The notes: a model not told the origin generated them from the sequence alone. 58,669 nt of DNA from Octopus bimaculoides (GCF_001194135.2 NC_068988.1:1147259-1205927); one strand, 5' to 3'; counted from the first letter of the stretch, positions 25,294-38,767 are shown. Made by a program: numbers and translations.

Positions 25294-26143
25294 NNNNNNN
25301 NNNNNNNNNNNNNNNNNNNNNNNNNNNNNNNNNNNNNNNNNNNNNNNNNNNNNNNNNNNNNNNNNNNNNNNNNNNNNNNNNNNNNNNNNNNNNNNNNNNN
25401 NNNNNNNNNNNNNNNNNNNNNNNNNNNNNNNNNNNNNNNNNNNNNNNNNNNNNNNNNNNNNNNNNNNNNNNNNNNNNNNNNNNNNNNNNNNNNNNNNNNN
25501 NNNNNNNNNNNNNNNNNNNNNNNNNNNNNNNNNNNNNNNNNNNNNNNNNNNNNNNNNNNNNNNNNNNNNNNNNNNNNNNNNNNNNNNNNNNNNNNNNNNN
25601 NNNNNNNNNNNNNNNNNNNNNNNNNNNNNNNNNNNNNNNNNNNNNNNNNNNNNNNNNNNNNNNNNNNNNNNNNNNNNNNNNNNNNNNNNNNNNNNNNNNN
25701 NNNNNNNNNNNNNNNNNNNNNNNNNNNNNNNNNNNNNNNNNNNNNNNNNNNNNNNNNNNNNNNNNNNNNNNNNNNNNNNNNNNNNNNNNNNNNNNNNNNN
25801 NNNNNNNNNNNNNNNNNNNNNNNNNNNNNNNNNNNNNNNNNNNNNNNNNNNNNNNNNNNNNNNNNNNNNNNNNNNNNNNNNNNNNNNNNNNNNNNNNNNN
25901 NNNNNNNNNNNNNNNNNNNNNNNNNNNNNNNNNNNNNNNNNNNNNNNNNNNNNNNNNNNNNNNNNNNNNNNNNNNNNNNNNNNNNNNNNNNNNNNNNNNN
26001 NNNNNNNNNNNNNNNNNNNNNNNNNNNNNNNNNNNNNNNNNNNNNNNNNNNNNNNNNNNNNNNNNNNNNNNNNNNNNNNNNNNNNNNNNNNNNNNNNNNN
26101 NNNNNNNNNNNNNNNNNNNNNNNNNNNNNNNNNNNNNNNNNNN
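25294..26143. other. Assembly gap (850 N)
   Basis: N run. Other gaps at 22293-22302, 28186-28826, 29944-29964, 32968-33271 and 57944-58029. Confidence 1.
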
Positions 26144-26213
<70 letters not shown>

Positions 26214-27382
26214 TGTGTAAGCGTGGAATAGTTTTAAAGTTACAAAGTGGGAAAAATTGTTTGAGGTTACAGTTGAGAAATAATTAGCAATTATCTGAGA
26301 ATAATTACAATTACATTGAATCTTTTGTTTGAATTTTGAAATTACTAAAGCTACTTATATCTAAACCATAAAATATACACAATTACATGCGAAACAGGAT
26401 GCTATTAAATATACCTTACTCATAGAATAATAATATTACATTAAGGACATTAGCAAAACATGATGTAACTAATTTGAAGATGCGCAATAGGGTAAACACA
26501 CAGCAAAGTATAGTTTTATTATTAATGCATAATCTTGCTGTGGAGTGGAACTGGCCAATTTACACCTTGTTATCGATTGGCAGTATAAAACTGAACAGTC
26601 TTAGCTCTTAACTTAGCTCTTAGGCTTAGATAACTGCTCAATTCAATGAGCACTGGCAACAGTGGTAAGCACTCTCTGTATAGCAGAAAACAAGGGCTAT
26701 ATCCCTTAAGTTTTACAAGACAATATAGGGTTAAATATACTTCAATATACTGAATAAAAAAGAATTGGTTTGAGGAGGATGCCTTTGCATTTAGAAATGA
26801 CTTCACAGCTAATAAACTACCAAAATCTGTGTTTGCTGAGGTTAGCTCAAACGGAGACCAGTCAGTCAATATACACACATATATATAACAAATAATAAAA
26901 TGTAATGTATGTCTTATCAGTCACGCTAGGGAAAGAAGAGTAAAACAAGAAATGGAGTGGGAGTGAGTAACAGTCAGAGATGGTAAAGTAGGCGAACAAC
27001 TTTTTGCTCTGAAGACGCAGGTATTTCAGTCAAAATAAAACTGCAAATTTTTATCATAAACTGTATTTAGTTTATCAGTTCCACAAACACAAATATAAGA
27101 ATTTAAATACTAAATACTTGTTTCCAGAAAAATATTTCACCTATAAAATTTATAATACTCGTAAATAAACGGCAATAAATGTAAAGAATATTTTATGTAA
27201 AGTAAAAAGATTGTCAAGATCATTTATGATAAAAAATATTATTATTACAATTATTTCCTGAATCATGCACACCATCACTTCCTCTAACCCAACAAATAGA
27301 CATAACGACAAAGACAACGGTAAAGACCCCGCTGATATAATTAGAAGAAAAAGGCTAACGAGGTAGTGGAACATCTACTAAC

Positions 27383-27557
27383 TTTGCCACAAGCCCTGCA
27401 ATGATGTCTGCGCTTTGTGAATCTAAACTTGGCTTCACATTGCATGCAATTGGGGGCATCTGCATCTGGAACCCACACAGGAGCAACAGCACCGATCTGA
27501 GAATGGGACGTCTTATCCCCCTCTGATACTTCCTGGTCGTGTAGCTGCAGCTGCAGC

Positions 27558-27592
<35 letters not shown>

Positions 27593-27750
27593 CTGCTGCT
27601 GCTGTGGTTTGGGTTCTGACTGCTGTGACTGACTCTGTTCGAAACGGTCATACTCTCCTTCCTCGCTATTTTCTACTCCGCCGTCACCGCTAAGACTTGA
27701 CTGTGAAGTGGTGGGGGAAGACGTCAATTCTTGGGAAGCATTCTCCACCC
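27383..27750 (-). CDS. ZFYVE9: SARA exon with polyQ tract and N-terminal half of the FYVE zinc finger
   Basis: Acceptor ctaatttcag|GGGTGGAG; donor GGCAAA|GTTAGT. Encodes VENASQE..Q16[44 protein letters not shown], including the FYVE WxxD and RRHHCR signatures. Confidence 0.96.
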
Positions 27751-30700
27751 CTGAAATTAGACAACAAATTCAAAATAAACAATAAGATAATTAAGATAAA
27801 ATTGATCATTTCAAAGTGTACAACTTTTATGTGCACACACAAACACGGAAGAGGTGCATGTGTGCAAGTGTAATTAATATACAAGATACATACATATTAC
27901 AGCATGGAAGAGGCATTTTAGCCATTTAAAAGACACACAAAACTGTTATTGGTAGTTTTCATTTATTTTGTGAGCGGTCAGTATTTTTACTGTACCTGGT
28001 CACTAACACAACTCCACTGCAGCTGTTTGAAACTTAGTCCTTGGTCAGTTTTTATAGCCCATACATGTGTGTGTGTGTACATGTATTTGTATACACCTGT
28101 GTGTATATATACACATGGAAAGCAGACTTTAAATGATGATGATATATACACACTTGTTTAGATTAGTAACAATTTATATATATATNNNNNNNNNNNNNNN
28201 NNNNNNNNNNNNNNNNNNNNNNNNNNNNNNNNNNNNNNNNNNNNNNNNNNNNNNNNNNNNNNNNNNNNNNNNNNNNNNNNNNNNNNNNNNNNNNNNNNNN
28301 NNNNNNNNNNNNNNNNNNNNNNNNNNNNNNNNNNNNNNNNNNNNNNNNNNNNNNNNNNNNNNNNNNNNNNNNNNNNNNNNNNNNNNNNNNNNNNNNNNNN
28401 NNNNNNNNNNNNNNNNNNNNNNNNNNNNNNNNNNNNNNNNNNNNNNNNNNNNNNNNNNNNNNNNNNNNNNNNNNNNNNNNNNNNNNNNNNNNNNNNNNNN
28501 NNNNNNNNNNNNNNNNNNNNNNNNNNNNNNNNNNNNNNNNNNNNNNNNNNNNNNNNNNNNNNNNNNNNNNNNNNNNNNNNNNNNNNNNNNNNNNNNNNNN
28601 NNNNNNNNNNNNNNNNNNNNNNNNNNNNNNNNNNNNNNNNNNNNNNNNNNNNNNNNNNNNNNNNNNNNNNNNNNNNNNNNNNNNNNNNNNNNNNNNNNNN
28701 NNNNNNNNNNNNNNNNNNNNNNNNNNNNNNNNNNNNNNNNNNNNNNNNNNNNNNNNNNNNNNNNNNNNNNNNNNNNNNNNNNNNNNNNNNNNNNNNNNNN
28801 NNNNNNNNNNNNNNNNNNNNNNNNNNATATATATATATATATATAAATATATATATACAAATAAAAGGGTAAAGGATTATCAATTTATTAATTTATTAAT
28901 AAATTAATAATTAATAATTTTTACCAATCCCTTCGGTATGTAAACACCATTATCGGTGCGTTGCTAGTCCAAACAATAAGTTGTACAAAATTTTAATAAA
29001 AGTTGAAAATACAGAGAATATATGAAGGTTTATTTGAATCTTAACACTCACACACACTTAACTGATTTTACATTTGATTTTCAAAAGTGCATCATATGTG
29101 GAGCTGTGTTGCAAATTGTATCTTTTTCTGGCCATTGGTGTATATGAGTACACACAATCGCATAGATACACTCTAATATGTAAAGTAGAGATCGAATCAA
29201 ACCACAGCCCAGATGTGTAACCTCTCTTACAAATGTCACAACGCCTCATAAACTCCATTCTCCACTCCATCACTAAAGTAAACATCCAGCCAATTGTTAA
29301 ATATAGATTTAAGCTTAACAAACTTACATAATCCACTAGAGTCTGTGCTGAAAACTCTAACCCATGTCTAAACATAGACAGGGGCAGCCAATGTTCACTT
29401 ATATATCTTATAATATAAAAGAGAGTTCGGTTTTTTTGTTTTTGTGGGAGAGGGGTGTTCCTTATGGATTCAAAAACTGAGTTGTCAATTTTAACAAATG
29501 AGGTATCAACAAATTCAGTAATCATTCAGCTACCAATTTAAGTCTGTTTTCTGTGAAGGTATGCCATATTTGGATGGTAAATAAAATTAAATAAGTTTCC
29601 CCTTCATTTGGCAAGCTGCATTTCCCACTACCCTTGACTGCTTCTGGTTCTAAAATAACTTCCTTTTATGTACACACAAACACACACACACATACACACA
29701 TGCATGCACACACACTCTAGGTAAAACTTCTGCACAAATTATGTCACTTCTTGTGTGTACGTACAAAATTACAGCTCAACTTGGACTAAAATTACCTTTA
29801 GTAGATATTTCGTGAAGGACCCAATCATACCTCGGTGTGAGAATTCTAAGGGTGAACGAGCTCTATTTGTACTATTATACATTCTTAACAAAACACACCT
29901 CAACTATATATAAATATATTATATTTATATATAGTTGAGGTGTNNNNNNNNNNNNNNNNNNNNNATCTATATATATACATATATATTATATATATATATA
30001 TATAGTTTAGCTATAAATCCAACACCCGTTACTAAAAAGGGGTCTTTAATTTTTCATTCACAAAGGCAGCACTACAAAAAGAGATCAATAGAATAAGAAA
30101 TCAATAAGATAAAACAAATGTTAGTTAATAAAGGATATTCATTCATATAATTCAGTGGAACAAGTTACAGAGAAACAATTTCAACAACAGCTTCAATAAA
30201 AGCAACGCCCACACAATCTCCAGCAAACTTCACAGAGTATATAATATATGACGCAAAGATTGGGAACAGTTTAATCCAATGGTTTTCAACTGGGGTACAG
30301 ACGACCCTTGTTGGGGGGGAGGGGGAATATGACCTGGGCTAGGGTACATATGCCCCTTGGAGGTCCATATAAGATCCTGTTGTTAAAACTTGTGTGCAAT
30401 AAGCTGGTTTTTCTTCTACAATGCACTAAATATTTTAAAATCTTTTGTAATAGAATTTCTTGTAATATTTCATTATGAAAATATCTTATCTTTTATATGT
30501 TTCAATCATTTAGACTGCAGCCCATACTGGGGCAGTGTCTTGTAGAATTTTAGGCAAACAAATCAACCTCAGCACCTATGTGTTTTTTAAGCCTGGTTCT
30601 TATTATATTGACCCTTGCCGAACCACTAATTACAGGGACATAAACACACACACATGACGGGCTTCTATCTGTTTCCCTTTACCAAATCCACTTACAAAGC

Positions 30701-31928
30701 TTTGGTTGACCTGAGGCTATAAAAGACATTTACCCAAGTTGCCACACAGTGTGACTGAACCAGGGATCATGAGGTTGGGAAGCAAACTTCTTACCACACA
30801 GCCACACCTCGATTTTTTAAAAACTATGACTATGACATTTGTTTACAATTACCATGAACGGTTGAGACAAAGGATCATAAAGATACACACAACAAGCTTT
30901 TTTCAATTTCCGTTTCCCAAATCCGTTCATAAAACTTTGGTCAGCCTAGAGCTATAATAGAAAACACTAGCCATAGGTGCTATGCAGTAGGATTGAACCC
31001 TGAATCATGTGGTTGAGAATTGAATTTCTTAATGACACAGCTAAGCCTATGCCTGACAACAAAGACAGACAGAAAAAGCCACAATTTGATTATACAACTA
31101 CCTTAATTTACCCTTGAAGACTAGATGAGAACGGGTGATGAGGCAGAGGAAGGAGTACCCAGGGAGGCCTGCAGCATGCAAGATACATAGAGAAGTGGGT
31201 GATGGTATAATGGATGTAGTGAGAGAAGACATTTTAGTTAATTAAATTCACCAGCAGAATGAAGAAGAAAAACAATCTTTATGATAATGAGCAGCTCTGG
31301 TCAAGAAAGACAAGATTAATTATGGTAGCTCCATTAATAACAAAATATAGCACACACACACATACAAGCACACACATGTAAATCACACACACACAATCAC
31401 ATGCACATACACGCACTCACACTTACACATGTACACTCATATTCACACAGACCATACCTAAGTCACGGACACTGAAATTGATTGTTGCCTACAATAAATA
31501 TGACAGTACCAACTATCCTTACAACAACTAATAGATCAATGAGGAGATAAAAACCAGGAAGGTACTGAAAGTAGATTATTGCTCCAAACAGAAGTGAGGA
31601 AATGTGATAAACACCAAATAGCTGCAGTTAAAAAAAAAATAAATAAATAAACAAGCTGCTCCCCCTCCTCCACACACACTCTACGTAAACTAATTAAGGT
31701 TTACTAATGACTCAACAATAGATTGTAAATAGCTGCAAGCTTATTTTTATTCTTCCTCATTTCTTCAACCATGTTCAAAGCTTAGAAAAACAGATTAAAA
31801 TAGCAATCTATATATCATACTCAAAGCAGATCGATTATTGAAACTCTTTTAAACTGCAGTATTCGTTTTTTTTGGAAATAATACATTTCTAAATCTCTCA
31901 GAGAGATTTATGCAGTAGTGATACGATG

Positions 31929-32095
31929 AAGTAGTTGTATGCTGTCAACTTAATGTGACAGTCCCCTGAAGGGAATAACACTACTGCTATTTAGCCTTAG
32001 GAAGCTGCACCGCTTCCCGTCTGCCTTGACACAGTTCCTGTGTCCTTATTCCCTTCATGGGATTGTCACATTAAGTTGACAGCATACAACTACTT
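31929..32095. repeat. Inverted repeat / MITE with 50-bp arms and 67-nt spacer
   Basis: 31929-31978 versus reverse complement of 32046-32095 match at 48/50. Confidence 0.85.
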
Positions 32096-32748
32096 TGCAG
32101 TATTCGTCTCGAGAAAATACCTTCCATAATCATACAGCATTAAGAAACACAGAAATATAACGGCAGCAGCAGATGAAAACTGTCCAGCAGCCGTGGTGGT
32201 ATTGCGAAATACAGATTTCTGACACTCTGAGCTTTGTCACTAGCAAGTAACCACCAGAAACTGCATGCTAAGAAGAATATTCTTCAGGCGCAGGAATGGC
32301 AGTGTAAGAAGTTTGCTTCTCAACCACATGGTTGCAGGTTCATTCTCACTGTGTAGCACCTTGGGCAAGTGTCTCCTGTTATAGTCTCAGGCTGACCAAA
32401 TTCTTGTAAGTGGATTTAGTAGGCAGAAACTGAAAGAAGCCTGCTTTGTGTGTGTGTGTGTGTGTGTGTGTTTATGTCCCTGTAACTTAACTGTAAGAGA
32501 GATTGATAGAATAAGCACCACATTTAAAAAGAAAATTAAGTATTGGGGGGGGTTGATCTGTTCAACTAAAATTCCTCAAGGCAGTGCTGCCCCAGCATGG
32601 CCACAGTCTAATGACTGAAACTAGTAAAAGATTACAACAATAATGTCATATAAACAATGCTCAGGTCATAAATGATTATTTCCAGTTAATCCCTTTAATC
32701 CCTAAGCCAATAATCCTTTTTTATTATTTTTAGTGTTAAACATAAAGA

Positions 32749-32866
32749 GAACCCATACAGGAGCAACAGCACCAATCTAAGGATGGGACATCTTATCGCT
32801 TTGGGATTCTTCCTGGCCTTGTTGCTGCTGCTGATGCTGCTGATGCTGTTCCTGAATTTCCTGCAG
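32749..32866 (-). pseudogene. Degenerate intronic duplicate of part of the polyQ/FYVE exon
   Basis: About 80% nucleotide identity by eye to 27469 onward. Reads [36 protein letters not shown], with CAG>TAG at 32777-32779. Confidence 0.85.
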
Positions 32867-33426
32867 TTAATAGAGGAAATGTGACCAAATTTTTTACGCA
32901 GAGAGAAGTCAGAGATAGCGGAACATGTTCTGAATGGTGGAGTGGTTGAAAGGACATTCAAGAACCCNNNNNNNNNNNNNNNNNNNNNNNNNNNNNNNNN
33001 NNNNNNNNNNNNNNNNNNNNNNNNNNNNNNNNNNNNNNNNNNNNNNNNNNNNNNNNNNNNNNNNNNNNNNNNNNNNNNNNNNNNNNNNNNNNNNNNNNNN
33101 NNNNNNNNNNNNNNNNNNNNNNNNNNNNNNNNNNNNNNNNNNNNNNNNNNNNNNNNNNNNNNNNNNNNNNNNNNNNNNNNNNNNNNNNNNNNNNNNNNNN
33201 NNNNNNNNNNNNNNNNNNNNNNNNNNNNNNNNNNNNNNNNNNNNNNNNNNNNNNNNNNNNNNNNNNNNNNNGTTAGGGTTAAAGGAACTAAAGTTACCAA
33301 CAGCCACAGAAGGATGATGTACTTTTATATTTAACATCACCAAAAAACATGGTTTTAATACATAGTCACGAATATATACATATTCATGGCATTTACACAT
33401 ACATATATACATATAGCTCTAATATT

Positions 33427-33479
<53 letters not shown>

Positions 33480-35023
33480 CATCATCTTTTGAAGTCCGTC
33501 TTCCCTGCTGGCATGGGTTGGATGGTTCGACAGGAATGAACCAACCAGAGGACTGAATAGAGAAGCAAAGTCTGCTTTGGCAGGTTTCCACAGCTGTGTG
33601 CCCTTCCAGAGTGTACTGGGTGCTTTTCACAAGGTACCAAGACTAGCAAAGGCACCGAGTAACTCACCAGACAAGGCCCCTTGACTGAAAGGAGGTGTAA
33701 TATTAAGGGAGGAGGTTTTATGCCAAGCGTTGAGCGGTTAAAATGTGAGAGAGGGACAGGAAAAAGAGTAAAAGACTAAAAGAATAGATAAAAAGGGAAT
33801 TTCATCTGTTATGCAAACTCTTCTTCAGTTCAGACAAACCAAAATATTTTCATGTGTCTTAACTGAGGAAGATTTGGTGTAAAAGATGAAATTTCCATTC
33901 AGTTTATCACATAATTATCTGAAATGTACGTATAAAATGCATTTGAAATATCGTTACTTGGTTTGAGTTCATTTTCATAGATACCTACATGCATCTGATA
34001 TTGGATCTCCTCCCTCAATGCCCCCTCCGTTATAGCAAGACACCTGTTTCTGCCTCTTTGTTATCCTCTAACCTTTCATCTTCTGACACGAGTTCCCCTC
34101 CTCAACTGCCCCCTTTCCCTCTCATTATCCCTTGTCTTGTGAGTTACTTGGTTACCCTGCCAGTGTTGGTGCCATGTTAAAAGCATCCAATCCACACTGA
34201 AACGCGGTGGGCATTTGGAAGGGTATCCAGCAATAAAAATCATGCCAAAACTAGCCTCACCTATGCTAGTGCCATGTAAAAAAGCACCGAGTCCACTCTG
34301 TAGAGTGGTTGGCGTTAGGAAGGGCATCCAGCTGTAAAAACCCGGCCAAAACAGACACAGTAGCCTTGGGTAGATCTTCTGCTTAGTCAGCTCCTGTGAA
34401 CAGTCCTACCCATGCACGCATGGAAGATGGACGTTAAACAATGATGATGATATATACGCACACACAGAGAGACAAAGCTTTCTTTGAGGATTTTAGTCAA
34501 TTGTAATCTGTCTAATATATAATCATTCCCATAGGAAACAAGATGCAAAGTGCATGGTAGCATTAGTAGAGATGATTTGGTGTCAGAAATAAGTACCACA
34601 ACTGAAATAATACTCGGTGCACAAAGTATTTCCATTTGATTGCATCCCAAGCTGGTATAAATGCGCACATGCACACACATTCAATAAATTTCTGTACAAC
34701 TTCACTTCAAGCTACTGCACCCCCACCCAAAGCTCTGCAGAAAGACACTTGCTTAAAGTGCCACACAATGGGACTCAACCGGAAATCACATGCTACATTG
34801 AACTGAAGCAAGAGATGTTCTATTGTGTCTTTGATACAGGAAGCAAATAGGGCATTAGAAAAATGGAATTATGAAAAATGTTAGTAAAACGATTTGGGGA
34901 AGCAAAGAGACATGACAGACTCCATCCATCAATGACATTTGATCCCAGATAGAAAAGAACAGAAGCTTAGCCCTTGTTAAAACTTATTGCTTGGGTTATC
35001 CTTCCTATCATATGGCATTCACC

Positions 35024-35115
<92 letters not shown>

Positions 35116-35131
35116 CAGCAGCAGCAGCAGA
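35024..35131. repeat. (AGT)n-(AGC)n microsatellite
   Basis: Directly visible. Many other microsatellites occur, e.g. (GT)n 8664-8722, (TTA)n 18478-18525 and 36553-36604, (AG)n 26144-26211, TA/CA mixtures 24975-25200, 43284-43535 and 58464-58669. Confidence 0.98.
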
Positions 35132-36551
35132 GTTTATCTCTGACATCTCATTAAACTGAAATTACCAAGAGACATTCTTAATATTCATCAGTTTAATTGA
35201 AGGTCATTTCTCGAAGAGTCGTTAATGATCTGTTTCATTAAGTTATGTGACTGTGTCCATTCTCATTCAATGAAGTGTCTCCTGACTAGTGAAGCCTTAA
35301 CAACAACAACAACAACAGCCTTTTTTAAATATTTCTCAAGAATGAAATTGAAAGACAACTTAAAACCTAAAACTGTCCCTGTCAAAAACACTTCATGTCA
35401 GTGTTGAACAGGTCAACAACCTCCAGAACACTAAAGCAGTGTTTGCCATTGAGGATTGAAAAAGGTGGGGGTGGAGGGGAAGTTACTGTGTTTAACAAGA
35501 TTAAGATAATTACCAACTATTCTAAACCCTTTTGTTACCATATTTCTGTTCAAATATATTCACATTAATTAAGGTTAAAAATAATGAAGAATTTACTAAA
35601 ATAACAACATTTGAACGTGGTCGTTGCCAGTGCCACCGGACTGGCTCCTGTGCAGGTGGCACGTAAAAATCACCTTTTGAGTGTAGTCATTGCCAGTACT
35701 TCCTGGCTAGTTCTCATACTGGTGGCACGTAAAAGCATCCACTACACTCTCAGAGTGGTTAGCGTTAGGAAGGGCATCCAGCTGCAGAAACTCTGCCAGA
35801 TAAGATTGGAGCCTGGTGCAGCCTTCTGGCTCGCCAGTCCTCAGTCAAACTGTCTAACCCATACCAGCATGGAAAGCAGACGTTAAACGATGATGATGAT
35901 GATGATGTATATATAAACTTTATCTTCTCAGTGCAGCCATTTTAAAATGCTAGTTCAAAGGCTGGAGTATATTTCAATGGAAATATCCAGAAAATAATGG
36001 ATGGAAGGAGAATCACTGACTTTCTGTTTGTTTACCAATTCAATAAAGAGTCTTTTATGCTAAATAAAGTCAGTCGCTCGACCAAAACTTGCAGTGTTTT
36101 CATACAACTTGTCTCTTTATGATACACATGTCTTACTAGTTGTGTACTAATCATAAAGTTTACCAACACACACAATAAGTTTTCTTCAGTTTCTGTCTAG
36201 CAAATCCACTTACAAGCCTTTTGTCAACCTGGGTCAAAAGTAGAAAATAAACTGCCCAAGGTGCTGCACGATGGGACTGAACAAGAAACCATGAGGTTGA
36301 GAAGCAAGTGAAACTTGAGTAGCATCACAACAGCAATCAGACTTGACAATAGAGAAAACACTGACTGATGTCCAACTTAAGTAACACATTGAACTGTGGC
36401 AGAATGTGTGAGATAATAGCCTGTAACTTTAGTCTGTAAAATGTAGGGCAGGCACTTGACACGAAATGAATTTAGATTTAATTATTTAACATGAAGGAAG
36501 TAGAAGGAAGAAAGAAATAGAATCAACAATGGGACAATGACAACAATATTA

Positions 36552-36604
<53 letters not shown>

Positions 36605-36837
36605 GATGTGAGTCATTCCATGTAAAGAAAGTGGACAGTGATGCAGTGTTGCTTTGATTAGGTTGACCAGTAAATTACAGGCGTCAATCAGCAATGGAGG
36701 ACAGTTACCTCTAGGTTGGTTGTGACTTTAAGAAAATTAGATGGAGAGGATATAAGGATGGAAAAAAAAACACTTGAGGCAAGAACAATGAACCAGATAA
36801 AGGAAAGACCAGATACATTAAACAATGGTGAAGATTT

Positions 36838-36868
<31 letters not shown>

Positions 36869-37019
36869 ATGAGTGAACAAAGGAAAAAATGGAGCACTCA
36901 ATACATTTAGTAGTAGCTACATATATGTTTAATAATAGTTTGACTCAGCTCCACATGACTTAAAGATTAGTGGACATGTAGGAAATGTCCATCACATCAG
37001 ATGCTTCTATATATTTACA

Positions 37020-37118
<99 letters not shown>

Positions 37119-37184
37119 TGTGTGTGCGTGTGTGTGTGTGCTAGAGAGAGAAAACAAAGTTATTTTATTCCACATGGGTAGAAA

Positions 37185-38150
37185 TATAGGAAAAATAGAA
37201 GTTGAAAATGTATTGAGAATAGTTAAAATATTTTTTATTATATTTAAATATTTAAAGTTTTAACCAGTTCCACAGTTTCCGTGGCTTATGTTGCAGTTGT
37301 TTTGCTTCTGACTGGTGTTTGAAGTTTGCCCTATTTTTATGGGGAGTTCATGGCCCAAATTAGTATAAGTTTTGAACAGGATTGGTAGAGGATAGTCACA
37401 TGACTGGTCTTAAAAATTTTTTGTGGATTCTCTGCGACTTCTGTGTGTTAGTATCAAGAGAGGTTTAGCGTCGTAAGTTAAGGCTGACACAGTTGACTGA
37501 ACATGTCTAGGGACAGTACCAAACAATCAATGCTCTGAATGTTTTCTGTCAAGTGCTTATAGAGAATGAACATGTGATTAAGTTTAGAACCTTTTGCATG
37601 TTTCCTGCTATGCCCATGCGTTAGTATTACATGACAGTATATTTTGCACCTAAAATGGAGGCCGACACGGTTGAGAGAACCTGTTTAGTTTCATTCAAGA
37701 TACTCTAAATTTAATCTGCCAGGTGGGAGAGTGGACAGGAGACATTTGTATGTAGTAAAGTGGCTAAAGCTTTGGTTGTTAGCTGTGTGGGTTCCTCATG
37801 TTAAGTGGTAGAATGAGTTTGGTGGGTGAATATTAGTGTATGTATTCTGTTAAAGTTTGTTTGGTCTTGGTTTGTACTTTTGTATTCAAGTGTTTCCTTT
37901 GTTTATCCATGCTTCATCTGTGGTATTCACTGAATATAGGTCGAGTAGGAAGACCTGGAATTTGGAGGGCTTATTTTTTGCATATATGTCTATGTGTCCA
38001 CTCAGTGGAATCTGTCAAGTACTGAGGTCTTGTATTTGTTGTCGGTGAATGGTCAATCTATTTCTTAGAGTAAGATTTGTTTGACCTATGTAATCTTCTT
38101 TACATATTTTAACTATTCTCAGTGCATTTTCAACTTCTATTTTTCCTATA
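37185..38150. mobile_element. Element with 46-bp TIRs carrying a Penelope-type GIY-YIG endonuclease fragment
   Basis: TIRs at 37185-37230 and 38105-38150 match at 44/46, with TA at both termini. Minus-strand 38103-37851 reads CKEDYIGQTNLTLRNRLTIHRQQIQDLST*QIPLSGHID..FQVF..*IQKYKPRPN. Confidence 0.7.
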
Positions 38151-38730
38151 CACACGTGTGTGTGTATGTGTGTGTGTGTGTCCAATGATGGCTTAATAGG
38201 CCAAAAGTTCAAAGTCACTGTCAATAATGATATTCTTGTTTAAGAAAAATAAATTTGTACAAAATTAGAGAGTCACCCATCAGATTAAATAGAATTGTTT
38301 TTATTATAACTGAACAAAAAAACAAATATATATCATTATCATCATTATCATCCAATTAACATCCATTTTCCATGCTGGCATGGGTTGGACAGGTCGACAG
38401 GATCTGTAAGCTGCAAGGTTTGTGAGCTCCAATGTCTGCTTTGATGTGGTTTCTATGGTTGGATGCCCTTCCTAATGCCAACCATTTTAGAGTGTACTGG
38501 ATGTTTTTTATAAGCCACTGGTATTAATGAGATTGCAACACAAACTTGCAAGACCAAAAAAAAAAAAAAAATTAAGGAAAAAGTAAAAGTTCTCACTAAG
38601 ATGGAGGTGGGTGGCTTTATGCCAAGTGTTAAAGGCTGATGTATGGTAGAGGCACGAGCACAAGTGTCTTGCATAGAGGAGATATCTGGCTGAAGGAGAT
38701 AAAGGCTGAAGGTAGTGATGAGATGCTTCA

Positions 38731-38767
<37 letters not shown>

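Noticed and set aside
24976-26231. Long ORFs of 300-400 aa (also 28133-28883, 32695-33412, 57815-58242)
   Set aside because: Artefacts of N runs and microsatellites.
29058-29525. 155-aa minus-strand ORF
   Set aside because: No recognisable domain, composition typical of AT-rich intron, no supporting splice structure.
29895-29943. Perfect 23-bp-arm hairpin with a 3-nt loop
   Set aside because: It ends exactly at an N gap and is mostly TA repeat; typical of a fold-back read or gap-edge artefact.
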